DNA of 63,394 bases, filler included, from Olpidium bornovanus S191 (taxonomy: Eukaryota > Fungi > Olpidiomycota), in NCBI GenBank assembly GCA_017911155.1. It is 31 parts of 31 records of this genome, joined end to end, with 100 filler letters (N's around TTAATTAATTAA, not from the genome) between each part and the next. Parts side by side here need not be neighbours in the genome. Positions count along the whole stretch, not along the records: positions 47,842 to 49,101 come from JAEFCI010007363.1; positions 49,202 to 53,510 come from JAEFCI010000097.1; positions 53,611 to 55,247 come from JAEFCI010002592.1; positions 55,348 to 56,433 come from JAEFCI010007393.1; positions 56,534 to 59,258 come from JAEFCI010005802.1; positions 59,359 to 61,020 come from JAEFCI010003962.1; 25 more parts are not named here. The stretch is one strand, 5' to 3'. The notes beneath the pieces were generated by a model. That model made no database searches. It was not told the DNA's origin and was given only the letters and a program-made list of their open reading frames with translations. Position 1 is the first letter of the stretch. Every line of letters begins with the position of its first letter. Positions 48,314 to 61,120 of this stretch are shown here, piece by piece. Both the position numbers and the translations under genes were made by a program.

Positions 48314-49208
48314 CTGTAAAAAAATTAACCTTTTGTTTTTGCCCCGCTTCCCCCGGAACGACTTTTGACGACCCGGCGCCGCGGCCTCGACCTCCTTTTT
48401 GCAACTCAACGTCTTCTCGATCCGATCAGATTTTAACTTCGCGCGCTACTGCCAACTGAGCTAAGAGCATGTCTTCCTGTACTGGTGGTGCGCCGGACAG
48501 ACACGCGACCGCGGCGCGCAGGGATGAAACCTTGCAACGCAAGGCGTTCGCGCCCCGCCGTGTCAAACGCCATAACCCAGATTTGCCCATTCAAGCATTA
48601 TTCGTATGTTGGCGACGCTGATTCAAAACAGCGGTGTCCCGGTGTTTTTCCACCCGTTCCGTTATAATTGCCTGAAACAGTAAACTGCCGGTTTTGTTCT
48701 GACCCCTGTGCCCCATTTTGGCACTCAGTTTTTTTGTTGATTGGTGAGACCCGCCCTCACCAACTCCTCCTGCCGGCGTACCGTTTTTTTTTTCCGTCAA
48801 CGGCAACAACGGCGTACGGCGCGCCATTTTTGTGTTAAATGGCTATCGGCACACCTGTTTTTTTTTTCTTTTGGAACGTCGTTGGCACCCTGCTGCAATC
48901 CTTTGGCGAAAAACAAAATCCTTTCGTGAATCCCGCCGGCTGTCCTGCCGGCGAATTTGCCACGAATCCTTTCAGTCACGAATACTCCGGTGAATAATGT
49001 CACGAATACAACAAATCCTGCCGCGTTTTGCGGGCCCGCCCTCAGCGACTCCGCCCCGGCTCGATCTCGGGCTCGGACGTGCGCAACGTACGCGATTCAT
49101 GNNNNNNNNNNNNNNNNNNNNNNNNNNNNNNNNNNNNNNNNNNNNTTAATTAATTAANNNNNNNNNNNNNNNNNNNNNNNNNNNNNNNNNNNNNNNNNNN
49201 NCATTGTG

Positions 49209-49290
49209 TGTATTCTTTGTTTATTCGGTTTGTATTCTTTGTTTATTCGGTGTGTATTTTTTTGTTTATTCGGTTATTCGGTTCTTCGGC
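49209..49290. repeat. 22-bp tandem repeat x3 with decaying TTATTCGG sub-repeats
   Basis: TGTATTCTTTGTTTATTCGG units at 49209, 49231 and 49253, with no spacers. Confidence 0.85.
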
Positions 49291-49857
49291 GACGTTGTTC
49301 AGAGTACCTGCGTGGCTCCATGGGTCGGAGATTCCGAAGTACTTCTCTTCCGTCTTTCCTTCCATTTGCCGCAAGTTCCAAGCTGGCGACGTATGCCGAA
49401 AATGTCGTCGGCCCCGTCATTCCGCACGACAACAAAGCGACGCCCGCAATGTCACTCGAGAATTCCATTTTCAAAGGCCGATTCACCTGTCGACCTCTCA
49501 ACTGACATCATCCCTTCATAGAAACTCAGTTGGAAAGCAGACCGCCGCAAAACTCAAGAAAAGTGGGCTTGTCCTCTTTCAGGTTAACCCAACGCGAAAT
49601 CTGCCACATGGAGTTCTTGTGAGCAACTCCAAAAGGGTCTCGGCGAATGAAGTTCTGGCTTGTTGGCCGTCTCAAGCTTGTTTGAGAGCGGCCGGTGCGC
49701 TGCGTAGCGACATGGGTGGGGCAATAAGATTTGTGTTTAAACTCTACGAATGGATTCGGTAAATCTGTACTGTGCACCTATCCTCATCACGTGGCTTGCC
49801 TGACCGTCAACCCTTGCAGGGGCGGCGCGCGGTCGCGCGCAGGCAGGCCACCGCCAC

Positions 49858-50910
49858 ATGATGTCGCTGAAGACGGCGTCTGCCTCGTCTGACCCCGGCC
49901 CCGACCACGGCAGTACGGTTGCGAGCCGCAGTCGGATGAATTCGGTTGCGTCCCTCCCGGCGGAGGAGTCCGTCGCCCCAGCAAGTTCGCCGAGTCTGGA
50001 CGCGTTGTCCAGTCGCCTTCAGCGTTCGGCCGGGGGGAACGACAGCGCGGCGCCGTCCAAGGATGAGGAATTTGAGGAGCAAGGCAACGATGAGGAAGAG
50101 CCGTGCTTTTTGCAGCCCAAAGACCATGCCCCGCGCCAGCGTAAGGGTGGTCTGTTTGGCAGGACCCCTGAGGAGGAAAGGTACTCAGAGGGAGGGGGAG
50201 TTCGCCAGGTTTGCAAAAAAGTGGAGCTGTCGGGAGGGATAGCAGTGCTGTCAGGCAAGTGGGGCATGTGCTGACTGCTCGTTCGACGCTGTATGGCGAG
50301 CGTCCAGAGCTTTGATACTGAGCCTCACGGGTGAGCAGAGAGAGCGGTATGACGCGGCAATGAAAAGCAGTTTGAACAAAGCCAGCATCAAATCGGTGTG
50401 TTCTTGGGAGTGGTCGACCAGACGAAATTGTCGGAGGACGTTGCTTTTGCGGATGACTGATAGCACCATGGCCGCCATCCGCCTGTACCTGCACGTACAC
50501 CGACACAGCTCGTTAGGACAGTTCTGAACGGCCCAGTCAAGGAGCAGGTCGAGATTATTGTCCGTAGCTCGGCGAAAATGTTCGTCGGCGAATTGGTGGA
50601 GGAAGGTGTGTTTCTTTTGCCCGTCTGCTTCCCCGGGAGTCAGCTCCGCTCTCACAAGCCGACGGGTAGCAGCAGATTGCAAAGGGCACAGCAAGCTGCG
50701 GCCGCCGGTTTCCGTGACGCCTGACGTTTTGCCTACGTTGCACCGGAAACTGTCCACGTTGTCTCTTCAGCTCGAGCGGTCGCTGCCGAGTGGGGCGACC
50801 AACGAAGCGAACCGCTGCGGCCTGACCACATCAGGGAAGCGTTCCGCAGACAGGTTCAGTCGGGGCTGGTCCCCAATGCCATCCACCCGATGCGACGGTT
50901 CGGTTATTGA
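49858..50910 (+). CDS. TAF11: TFIID subunit Taf11 (histone-fold), multi-exon
   Basis: LTGEQRERYDAAMKSSLNKASIKS; TVLNGPVKEQVEIIVRSSAKMFVGELVEE|ARAVAAEWG...PLRPDHIREAFRR; stop TGA at 50908-50910. Confidence 0.85.
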
Positions 50911-52040
50911 AGTTCCAGCATTTTGCCGTAATTTCGCTTTTCCTTTTCATTTTGGCTTACAACATAGGAAGGACGGCATGCACGTTGTTTGTTGCCAAAC
51001 TTCACGTTCTGCGGCCAATGAATGCATATTATGCCGATGCACGTTCCACGATGTCTCATTCCGGGTAGCTCGCTCAACAAGGGGACGGATTTGTCAAAGA
51101 AGAACCGACTTGACGTTTTCCCGTATTCGCCCTCAGCTGCAGGCCGCGGTCCTTTTTTTCCTTCCTTTATTTTTTTTTTCTTTTTTTTGCTGAGGCGAAA
51201 TGGTTACGCAGTAGGCAAATTCCGCACAAGCGCAGCGCGACGCCATCGATGCACTCGGCAGTTTTGTGTCGATAAACAACTAATACCATATCCAGCTGGC
51301 ACGGGCAGTGAGAACAAGGCGCGGCCAAAACTTTGGTGCGGGTGCGAGGTGCTCAAATAACCATATTCGCCGAAGAATTCCGTTTCCAATGAATATCACA
51401 ATGATAATGTTGCCTTCTCGCCCTCAAAAGGGGGAACACCAGCTATCGTGTCTACTGAGGTGACATGAAAAACAATGATGTGAACAATAATATGCAGTAC
51501 TTTACATCACATTATGTTTGAATAATATGCAATCTCCGCGAAAGAAGAGATTTCGTGGTTTGTTCGTCGTCGCAAGTTTTAGCCATGCTGGGACTAATTA
51601 CAACACGTTCCTCACATCATCACTAGTACCCCTGATATCCTCAGTCAGTCATTCCCATTTCAGTGGCGAGCCGAGTTCGCGCCCGAGGAACGTTCTGCGT
51701 GTCAGTTACTGCACCAAAAAACGGCGTACCATCAGGTTGAGGCTGACCCAATGATGTTTTCCCTAGTACACTCCACTAGCCGCACGACAATTTTGATTCC
51801 TTTCCTCCAACATTGTCCTCGTTTCCCCCAAAATCCACCAGGGTTCACGGAACGAGCAATTCCGCAGGTGCCGCCAATACAAAGAAACCCACAGAAAACG
51901 CTGCCAGCGCAAAAGATGACCTCTATCTTTTAAATCACCAGCCAATCTGCTCCGTCGGCAAGCGCACAGGTCGCGAAACGCAGGACAAACAGAACTGGCA
52001 CAACTATTTGTCGATTTTAGCTGATCTAATCTTGGAATGA

Positions 52041-53152
52041 CTAAATGAAACCAATGTGTGAGCAGAGGAGATGACGATACTGTCAGACAAACATGGTTCT
52101 CTTAAGTGAAGTAGGCCAAATCGAACAAACCCTAGTAACAACACTGACCTTGTTGGCAACCTCGAGTGCCTCAACATCAGGGGTCAGGCGAACGTAGGCC
52201 TTCTTCTGTCCGTCAGGTCTAACCAAGCATATATTAGAAGAAGCATATATTAAATGAAGGATATTTGCCTCCGGATACTTGACCAGCGCGCGTTTTGCAA
52301 GTCAGGATTCCCGTCGAAGCCACCGGTCGAACGAAACCCACCGGATGAGAGTATTAATTTTAAGGGCATCGACGTCATACATGCGCTTAATGGCGGCCTT
52401 GATCTGGTGCTTATTGGCGCGGACGTCGACATAGAAGACGAGCGTGTTGTGCTCCTCAATGACCTTCATAGCAGTCTCAGTGTTTAGTGGTTGCTTTAGG
52501 ATGCGGTACTGGTCCATTCGCGGGTCATGAGGGACCGACTTGCGCGGATACTTGGGGTTGCGCGGCAGCCGAAGCGTCTTGGGCCGGTGGAAGCGAACCG
52601 AAGTGCGTATCTTTCGCAACTTCTTCCTGTGACTGACGCCCGTAAGGGCGCCCTTCTTGGCAGTAAGTGCCTTCTTCTTCTCGTCACTCGGCTTGGACGC
52701 GGCAGCGCCCTTGCCGCCTTTCGGCGCCGCGGCGCCTTTGGGCTTGCCGTCCTTGGGCGCGGCGCCGCTCTTTTCCTTGGGAGCCTTTGACGCAGAAGCT
52801 GGGGTATAGGGAGAAACGCGGCGAAGCCCGTTTCAAACTCAGCAAGCGCGAGGCAACCGCAAGTGCGAGGCAACCGCAACCAACGATAGGCGGCCTGAAA
52901 GCGGCTGTCTGAATAACAGCAGGGTCGGACGTATGAAAGCCGAGTGGCTGCGCGCGTTCTCCCACGGTGCGAGGGTTGGCGCGGACGTGAAAGCATCCAA
53001 ACGTTTCCATTTCGGCTGCCGGACAACCCTGACAAAACGGCTGCCGCGGCCCGCCCGACAAGAACGCTGGCGGCGCGATCCCAGCTCCCCGAAGCGAAGG
53101 GGCTCGGGCGAAGGGAGCGCGTGCGGCAAGCCTCACCTTTGGTGGGCGGCAT
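52041..53152 (-). CDS. RPL25: 60S ribosomal protein uL23 (L25/L23a), 4 exons, complete
   Basis: MPPTK|ASASKAPK...[26 protein letters not shown]...[39 protein letters not shown]...INTLIR|[23 protein letters not shown]|...IGFI*. Introns at 53136-52799, 52341-52219 and one starting at 52148. Confidence 0.98.
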
Positions 53153-53703
53153 TGCGGGTGGAGTGGCGTGCGTCTACGAGGTGCGTGTGGGTGGTGCTTT
53201 TGGGGGAAGAGGAGGTTGGTTCCGGGTACACAGAAAGGGGCTGCTGGTTATTGGGGCGGAAACAGCGCCACGTGACAGATTCTCGGACCGCAGGCGGAAT
53301 TTTCCAATTGGCCTGCAGCGGCGGCGACCGGCAGTTTCCTTATTGACAGAGAACGACCTGAGCGAGGCTGCTCTGCTGTCTGCCTGCTCTCGCGCAAAGG
53401 TGCCCGGTCGCGGTGCGATCGCGGTGAGTCCGCTCTCGCCGCAAATGAAAGCTCGGGCCACGCTGTCTCCCACGGCCCGAAGAGCGGCTGCCGGTTTCGA
53501 CCGCGCATGGNNNNNNNNNNNNNNNNNNNNNNNNNNNNNNNNNNNNNNNNNNNNTTAATTAATTAANNNNNNNNNNNNNNNNNNNNNNNNNNNNNNNNNN
53601 NNNNNNNNNNGGGTAACCGAACAACGCGACCACATTTCGAAAGCCGGTTAATAAGTAAATCAAAGCAAAACAGACAGCTGTAGAATAGCGTCGGCTCACT
53701 TAC

Positions 53704-55027
<1,324 letters not shown>

Positions 55028-55779
55028 TGCAGGCGTTTGTTCGGCGGCTACCCCCAAAAGAAAAAAAAAAAAAAAAGAGAGAGACAGACTGAGAGAGAAA
55101 AAGCGCGAGGGCGGGCGAAGCCGGAGAGAGGTTCCGAAGCGGGCTGGGTCGGAGTGTATGAGACAGCTGCGAGCGGGGCGTTCCCTTTTTTTTTTCTTTT
55201 TCCGGCGGCGGCGGCTGCTGCTCTCTCCGGGGGGGGGGGGACAGGCANNNNNNNNNNNNNNNNNNNNNNNNNNNNNNNNNNNNNNNNNNNNTTAATTAAT
55301 TAANNNNNNNNNNNNNNNNNNNNNNNNNNNNNNNNNNNNNNNNNNNNGCGGAAACGGGGGAGCCCGCGGCGGCGGCGGCGGCGGCGGCGGGCATACCCGG
55401 CCAGAGGTATTCGCTCGCGCCGTCAGAAAAGGGTCTTGCCGTATGATACCCCACACTCGAAGGGCATGAAAATTTATATTTTCTTTTTCCTCCCTTGATA
55501 TTCCCCCACCCCCCCACCCCCCACCCCTTGCTTCCCAACCTTACACCAGGCATTATAGACGGTACTTTAATATGTCACACGCGAGGACGGGCAATTTATA
55601 GCATTCCCACCCAATGTTAATGCACATTTCGGTCTCCAGGGCGACGGCGCCGCAGCGCCCACCCCCCTCCCCCACCCCCCACCCCACGCAACTCCTGATC
55701 GTTAAATGCGCGAAGCGTAAAATCCACCGTTTTTTCCGACCGTTTTTTTTTTCCCTCGAAAATCTCGGGTTTGTGAACC

Positions 55780-56022
55780 CGCTGGCGAAAAAAAAAAAGA
55801 AGGAATGAAAAAAAAAATGAAAAAGCGAATTTTACCGCCACGCGCGAGAGAACGGGAAAAGAAAATGCGGGCGCTCCACCGCCTGTTCTTGACGCAGGTC
55901 GCTGGCGAAAAAAAAAAAAGAAGGAATGAAAAGAAAAAAATAAATGAAAAAACGAATTTTACTGCCACGTGCGAGAGAACGGGAAAAAAAATGCGGGCGC
56001 TCCACCGCCTGTTCTTGACGCA
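55780..56022. repeat. Tandem duplication, 120-bp period, 2 copies
   Basis: CGCTGGCGAAAAA...GAATTTTAC(C/T)GCCACG(C/T)GCGAGAGAACGGGAAAA...GCGGGCGCTCCACCGCCTGTTCTTGACGCA begins at 55780 and again at 55900. Confidence 0.9.
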
Positions 56023-56433
56023 CGTTTTCGGTTTCGGGCGACGGCCCGTGCCACCCCCCCACCCCCTACGTCCTCATGATTCGTTCCATAACTAGGAGGG
56101 TCAATTGACTGACACACTAATTCCATATCCATAACCTTTACCTTTTTGACACGATTGGCAGTAGAGTAATTTGGACAACAGTTATCTTTTTCTCTTGCTT
56201 TCTGATTGCATGATTTACAAGTATGTTCTTGAACTAAATCATATCCTAACTCTTTAAAGGTGGAGTGGTCGCTTTCATTCCACTTAAACGGTACTTTCTC
56301 GTGATTGAACTTCATGTATCTTTGAGACATTTTTTTAACATCTTCAATGGGACAGGAAAGTCTATCATCACTTTCCTTCACAGTTCTTCTCACGAGAAAG
56401 CGGTTAGTCCTAGTTTTGTTTGCATCAGGGGCA
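55959..56433 (-). CDS. AT-rich intronless ORF fragment, open at the contig edge; Cys-rich C-terminus resembling giant-virus-type D5-like helicase-primase tails
   Basis: Frame is open from 56432: APDANKTRTNRFLVRRTVKESDDRLSCPIEDVKKMSQRYMKFNHEKVPFKWNESDHSTFKELGYDLVQEHTCKSCNQKAREKDNCCPNYSTANRVKKVKVMDMEL. G+C is only 19/60 in 56161-56220. Family assignment is from memory of the motif, not a search. Confidence 0.5.
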
Positions 56434-56956
56434 NNNNNNNNNNNNNNNNNNNNNNNNNNNNNNNNNNNNNNNNNNNNTTAATTAATTAANNNNNNNNNNN
56501 NNNNNNNNNNNNNNNNNNNNNNNNNNNNNNNNNCATGATTACAGAGTATTTCCAAGAAAAAAAAGGAAAAGTGAAGCAAGTCAAGCCCGGCCATCGCCGG
56601 TCGGTGCGGACGTGTGCGTTCGTGTACGTGGCAGGTAGTTCTAACTACCAAAATGCTTGCAGTGGGAACGTTGTTGCTGGTGTCGGAGGAAAGTGGTTCC
56701 TCCTTGTGACTCGTGGGCTTGTTCTGCACGGGATTTTTACGGGATCGCATGTAGTAAGGGGTCCGGACGAGGGAGAGGGGGGAGGGGCTGGAGACCGCGG
56801 AGAAAAGAGCAGAGCGAGGCGCAAGTGACCACGAAAGTGGCAACATTCGGCTGGCGACGCCTGAAGCGGGGACGTCTTTTTTCCCCGACAACGACTGCGC
56901 AACATCCTCGGGAGAGACCCGCTGCCGGGGAAGGGGAGGGTTCCCCTTTTGCCCCG

Positions 56957-57018
<62 letters not shown>

Positions 57019-57121
57019 GTCCCTTGCGGGAGAAAGGGGGACGCGGTTCGGGCGGCGGCGCTCTGCCCTCGGCCCCGCCCCGCTCCGCCCCCGCCGCCCT
57101 CCCGCACGTCCGCAGCGACAG

Positions 57122-57122
57122 C

Positions 57123-57158
<36 letters not shown>
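57122..57158. repeat. (GA)n microsatellite upstream of the EEP gene
   Basis: gagagagagagagagagagagaaagagagagagag. Confidence 0.9.
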
Positions 57159-57159
<1 letters not shown>

Positions 57160-57247
57160 CCTGCTCGTTGTCCTGCTCTCTTTTCCGCCGTTCCCCGCCC
57201 CGCTCCTCGTTCTCTACACGAAAAGGTCGTCGGCGTCGGCCTCGGGA

Positions 57248-59081
57248 ATGGTGCTCGCTTCGGCGTCCTTTTGTCCTGCCGACGACGCCGGCCACCCGCT
57301 TCCGGAGCCGGGAGGCATCGCCGTGTACGAGCCGCACTGGAGGCGCCAGCGGCGCAGGGCCCGGCGGGCCGCGGCGCTCTCCGAAGAGGTCGAGGAGCCT
57401 GCGGGGTGCGACGGCGACGCCCCTGCGCCGCCGCTGCGGCTCGTGCAGTGGAACATAGAGCGCGGGTACGAGATGGGCAAGGTGCTGAGCATCCTGGAAG
57501 AGCTCGAGGCGGACGCCGTCGCCCTCCAGGAAGTCGACATCGGTTGCAAGGTCCGACCCCCGCCCCCCCTTGCCCCCCCCCCCCCCCCCTCCTCCCTGCG
57601 CGTCCGTGTGCATTTTTACACGTATGTATATTATACGAGCGCGGCCGTGCCTCACTTTTTTCTCTTTTGGGCGGTGGACACAACCCAGCGGTCTGGAGGC
57701 GTCAACCAGGCCAAGCTCTTTGCAGACAGCCTAGGAATGACGTGCGCGTTCGTGTGCGAGTTCCGCGAACTAGAACACCAGATGAGGGCCGAGCGGGATC
57801 AGGTACCGGGAGCGGCCGGCTTCTTGATTGTCGCCCTGCGGGAGCATGACGGCGCACTGACCCCCTCTCCCCCCCCCCCTTTCCCCTCCCCACCGTGCCG
57901 CCGGCGGGCCCTTGTCCTCCCGCGTGTATAGGGCGGCGGCGTTCACGGGAACGCCATCCTGACTCGATACCCTGCTGCCTTCCGCGCTATCGACCACCTG
58001 CACCACCCGTACGATTGGGAGACCGACGGCCATCAGATTGGCGAACCTCGGGCGGGACGGTAATGCGGCATCCACGTGTATGCGCTTCCATTTGCTGCTT
58101 TGCCCCCGCGATAAAACGGACCGTCGGTTTCATTTTGCGCCCGAAGCTGACGAAGTGATATATGGCGCCTCGGCCGGCCCCCCGTTTTGCAGGCGGTTCA
58201 CGTTGGTGGCTGACATCCAGCCTGACGACGGGATCCCGGCTTTCCAGTTGTACTCCGCGCACCTCGAAATCTTCTGCGGCCTCTCGGGGCGCGTCGCCCA
58301 AATTTCCGACCTGCTGCACGACGCCGCGACGCACGCGGCGCCGCCGCCGCCGTTGTCAACTCGCGCACATCTGGTCCCGCGTCAAGCGCTGTTCGGCGAC
58401 CTGAACACTTCCGCGCACGGGATAGCGCGTCTGAGCCCGCGGCTGTGCCGAGACTCGTTCCGATGGCGGACGCTGGGGACCGCCGAGTCCCTTTGGGTGG
58501 ACGAATGTGTGTTCGCCTTCCACGTGCTCCAGGGCGAGAAAAACGTCTACCTGGAGAAGTACCGGCTCCCCGAGCTCTTCCCCGAGATCGTTCTCCGCCA
58601 CGCGCGCAACCCGGGTTTTGTCGACCCCTGGCACCCGACGCGCGACATTACGCTGCGAAGCCGGTCCTACATGAGTCTCTACCAGGCCAAGCTCGACTGG
58701 ACCCTCCTCCGCGGTTTCGACGTCGTCGGTCAGCTCATGGGCAACCACGACTACTCGGCCAGCGACCACAAGTACCTCCTCGTGGACGTGGTCCCGTCCC
58801 GCGACGACGAGCCGGTCAACGGGGGAGAAGCCGGCGCGGGCGAGGCACGAGGGCTTGGCAACGGCATCGGCGGGAACGTTTCGCCGACTGCCGCTGCGAA
58901 GGAGGTCGTGCGCTTCCAGGCCCGCCGGCTGGAGGCGCTCCGCCGCCGCCGCCGGATGCTGGACGTTCTGGACGAGGAGGGAGGCCTGTTGGGGACACGC
59001 GCGGCACGGGTTTTCGTCGGGGCCGCGACCGCCGCCGTCCTCGTGATCGGCATGTGGTTCTTGCAGCGGAAAAGAAAATGA
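57248..59081 (+). CDS. Endonuclease/exonuclease/phosphatase (EEP) family hydrolase with C-terminal membrane anchor; complete, 4 exons
   Basis: LRLVQWNIERG; ALQEVDIGC; GGGVHGNAILTRYP; LYSAHLE; ALFGDLNT; AKLDWTLLRG; SASDHKYL; C-terminal VFVGAATAAVLVIGMWFLQRKRK*. Confidence 0.9.
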
Positions 59082-59174
59082 ACGGCCTTTCTGCGCTGGC
59101 AACTCTACCCCTCCCTTCCCGACCCCCCTTTTCTCGCGTCGGTGACATCATCGCCCTCCCTCTCTACTCCACCC

Positions 59175-59245
<71 letters not shown>

Positions 59246-59487
59246 GCCGCCCCCCCCCNNNNNNNNNNNNNNNNNNNNNNNNNNNNNNNNNNNNNNNNNN
59301 NNTTAATTAATTAANNNNNNNNNNNNNNNNNNNNNNNNNNNNNNNNNNNNNNNNNNNNGCGGGGGGCGGGGGGGGGGGGTGGGGGGGGGGGGAGGGGGGG
59401 GGGGGGGGGGGGGCTGAAGTGACGTTTCGCGCGAGCCCTCCGGCCGCCGCTGAAGTTTCCCCGGACGGCGTGATTTCGCGCGCGCAG

Positions 59488-60827
59488 GACGATTTTTACC
59501 TGAACTTGGTCGACTGGTCGCCCGGCAACATTCTTGCCGTCGGGCTCAACTGCAGCGTCTATCTTTGGAGCGCCGAGTCCGGCAGCGTGAGTCACACCCG
59601 CTAGTTGGGCGGGAAGGGGAATGCGGAAGGGAAAGGAGCGGAGGAGGAGAAGGAGGGAAGGGGGGGGGGAGGGGGGGGGGAATTGGGATTAAAAAGAACT
59701 TTTGGCGGCGCAACGTACGGTGTAAACTCACTCGCGCGCGCCCGATGCTCTTTAGGTCGTAAATCTCTGCAATCTCGGCCCAGACCAAATCACGTCGGTT
59801 AACTGGAAGGCAAGGGTAAATTTATGCCGCGGTCCCCGGTTGGGAAAAGCGTTTTCGCTTTTCTCTTCTCTTAAAAAAATTTGCTTTTATTCTTTGTGGC
59901 GACACTGATCGGCCGGCAAATCCGCAGGGAGAGCAATTGGCGGTCGGGACCAGCACCGGGCTGGTGCACATCTACGACGCCTTGAGGCGAAAACGGGTCC
60001 GGGTGATGCAAGGTCACACCCAGCGGGTGGGAAACCTGGCGTGGAACAACGACGTCCTGACTTCCGGGTCGCGGGACCGCCACATCATACACCGGGACAC
60101 GCGGGCGGCGCAGGCGCCGATCGCGACCCTGACGGCGCACCGCCAGGAGATCTGCGGGCTGAAGTGGGACGTGGCCCACAACAAGCTGGCCTCGGGCGGC
60201 AACGACAACAAGCTCATCGTGTGGGACGGCGTCCGCACGGACCCTCTCCACCTGTTCGACCAGCACACCGCCGCGGTGAAGGCCATCGCCTGGAGCCCGC
60301 ACCAGAAGGGCATCCTCGCCAGCGGCGGCGGGACCGCCGACAAGCACATACGCCTGTGGAACACGACGGTCGGCACCGCTTTGTCGGCCCACGACACGGG
60401 CAGTCAGGTGGGTTTCCCGCGGGTTGCCCTGGCGGCGTTTCCCCTTCTTGATGGAAAATCGGTTTTTCTTTTTCTTTTTTTTGTGCGCCAGCCCCGCCCG
60501 GCTGCGCCCCGCTCCGGTTTCGCAAGGGGCACGAGGGGGGCTTTTTGGCCCTTTTCCCCTCCCCCCCCCAGCCCGCGCCTTCTCCGGCTAAAAAATGAAA
60601 AAACGGTCCCGGTTCTTCCAGGTTTGCAACTTGGCCTGGTCCAAGAACGGCAACGAACTGGTGTCCACGCACGGGTACTCCCAGAACGAGGTTGTCGTGT
60701 GGAAAGCGCAGAAAATGGCCCAGGTCGCGACGCTGACCGGCCACAGCTCGCGCGTGCTCTACCTCGCGATGAGCCCCGACGGGCAAACGATCGTCACCGG
60801 CGCCGGCGACGAGACCTTGAGGTTTTG
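59488..60827 (+). CDS. CDH1: APC/C activator Cdh1/Fzr1 WD40 propeller, internal fragment
   Basis: [24 protein letters not shown]; TSGSRDR; [10 protein letters not shown]; LASGGNDN; [26 protein letters not shown]; DTGSQ|VCNLAWS; STHGYSQN; [29 protein letters not shown]. Confidence 0.9.
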
Positions 60828-61120
60828 GTAAGCCTTGCGAGAGTATGTCTACAGTGGGCGGCACCGCCTCCCGCTCTCTCCCCGCAAGGGATTGGTTGGG
60901 GGGAGGTGAAGGGGGGGGGGGAAGGGGGGGGGGGGGGGGGGGAAGAAGGAAAGGGGGCGGGGGGCTGGGGGGGGGGGTCTGCCCGGGATCTCCCCTTCCC
61001 CCTCCCCCGGCCTCTCCCCCNNNNNNNNNNNNNNNNNNNNNNNNNNNNNNNNNNNNNNNNNNNNTTAATTAATTAANNNNNNNNNNNNNNNNNNNNNNNN
61101 NNNNNNNNNNNNNNNNNNNN

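Noticed and set aside
49209-49290. CRISPR-like array from 22-bp repeats
   Set aside because: Repeats are head-to-tail with no unique spacers, there are no cas genes, and the context is eukaryotic.
51395-51463. Box C/D snoRNA candidate (ATGATAA...CTGA with TCAC/GTGA flanks)
   Set aside because: The C box is non-canonical, I recognise no convincing rRNA-complementary guide or C'/D' boxes, and the same stretch reads as an open frame.
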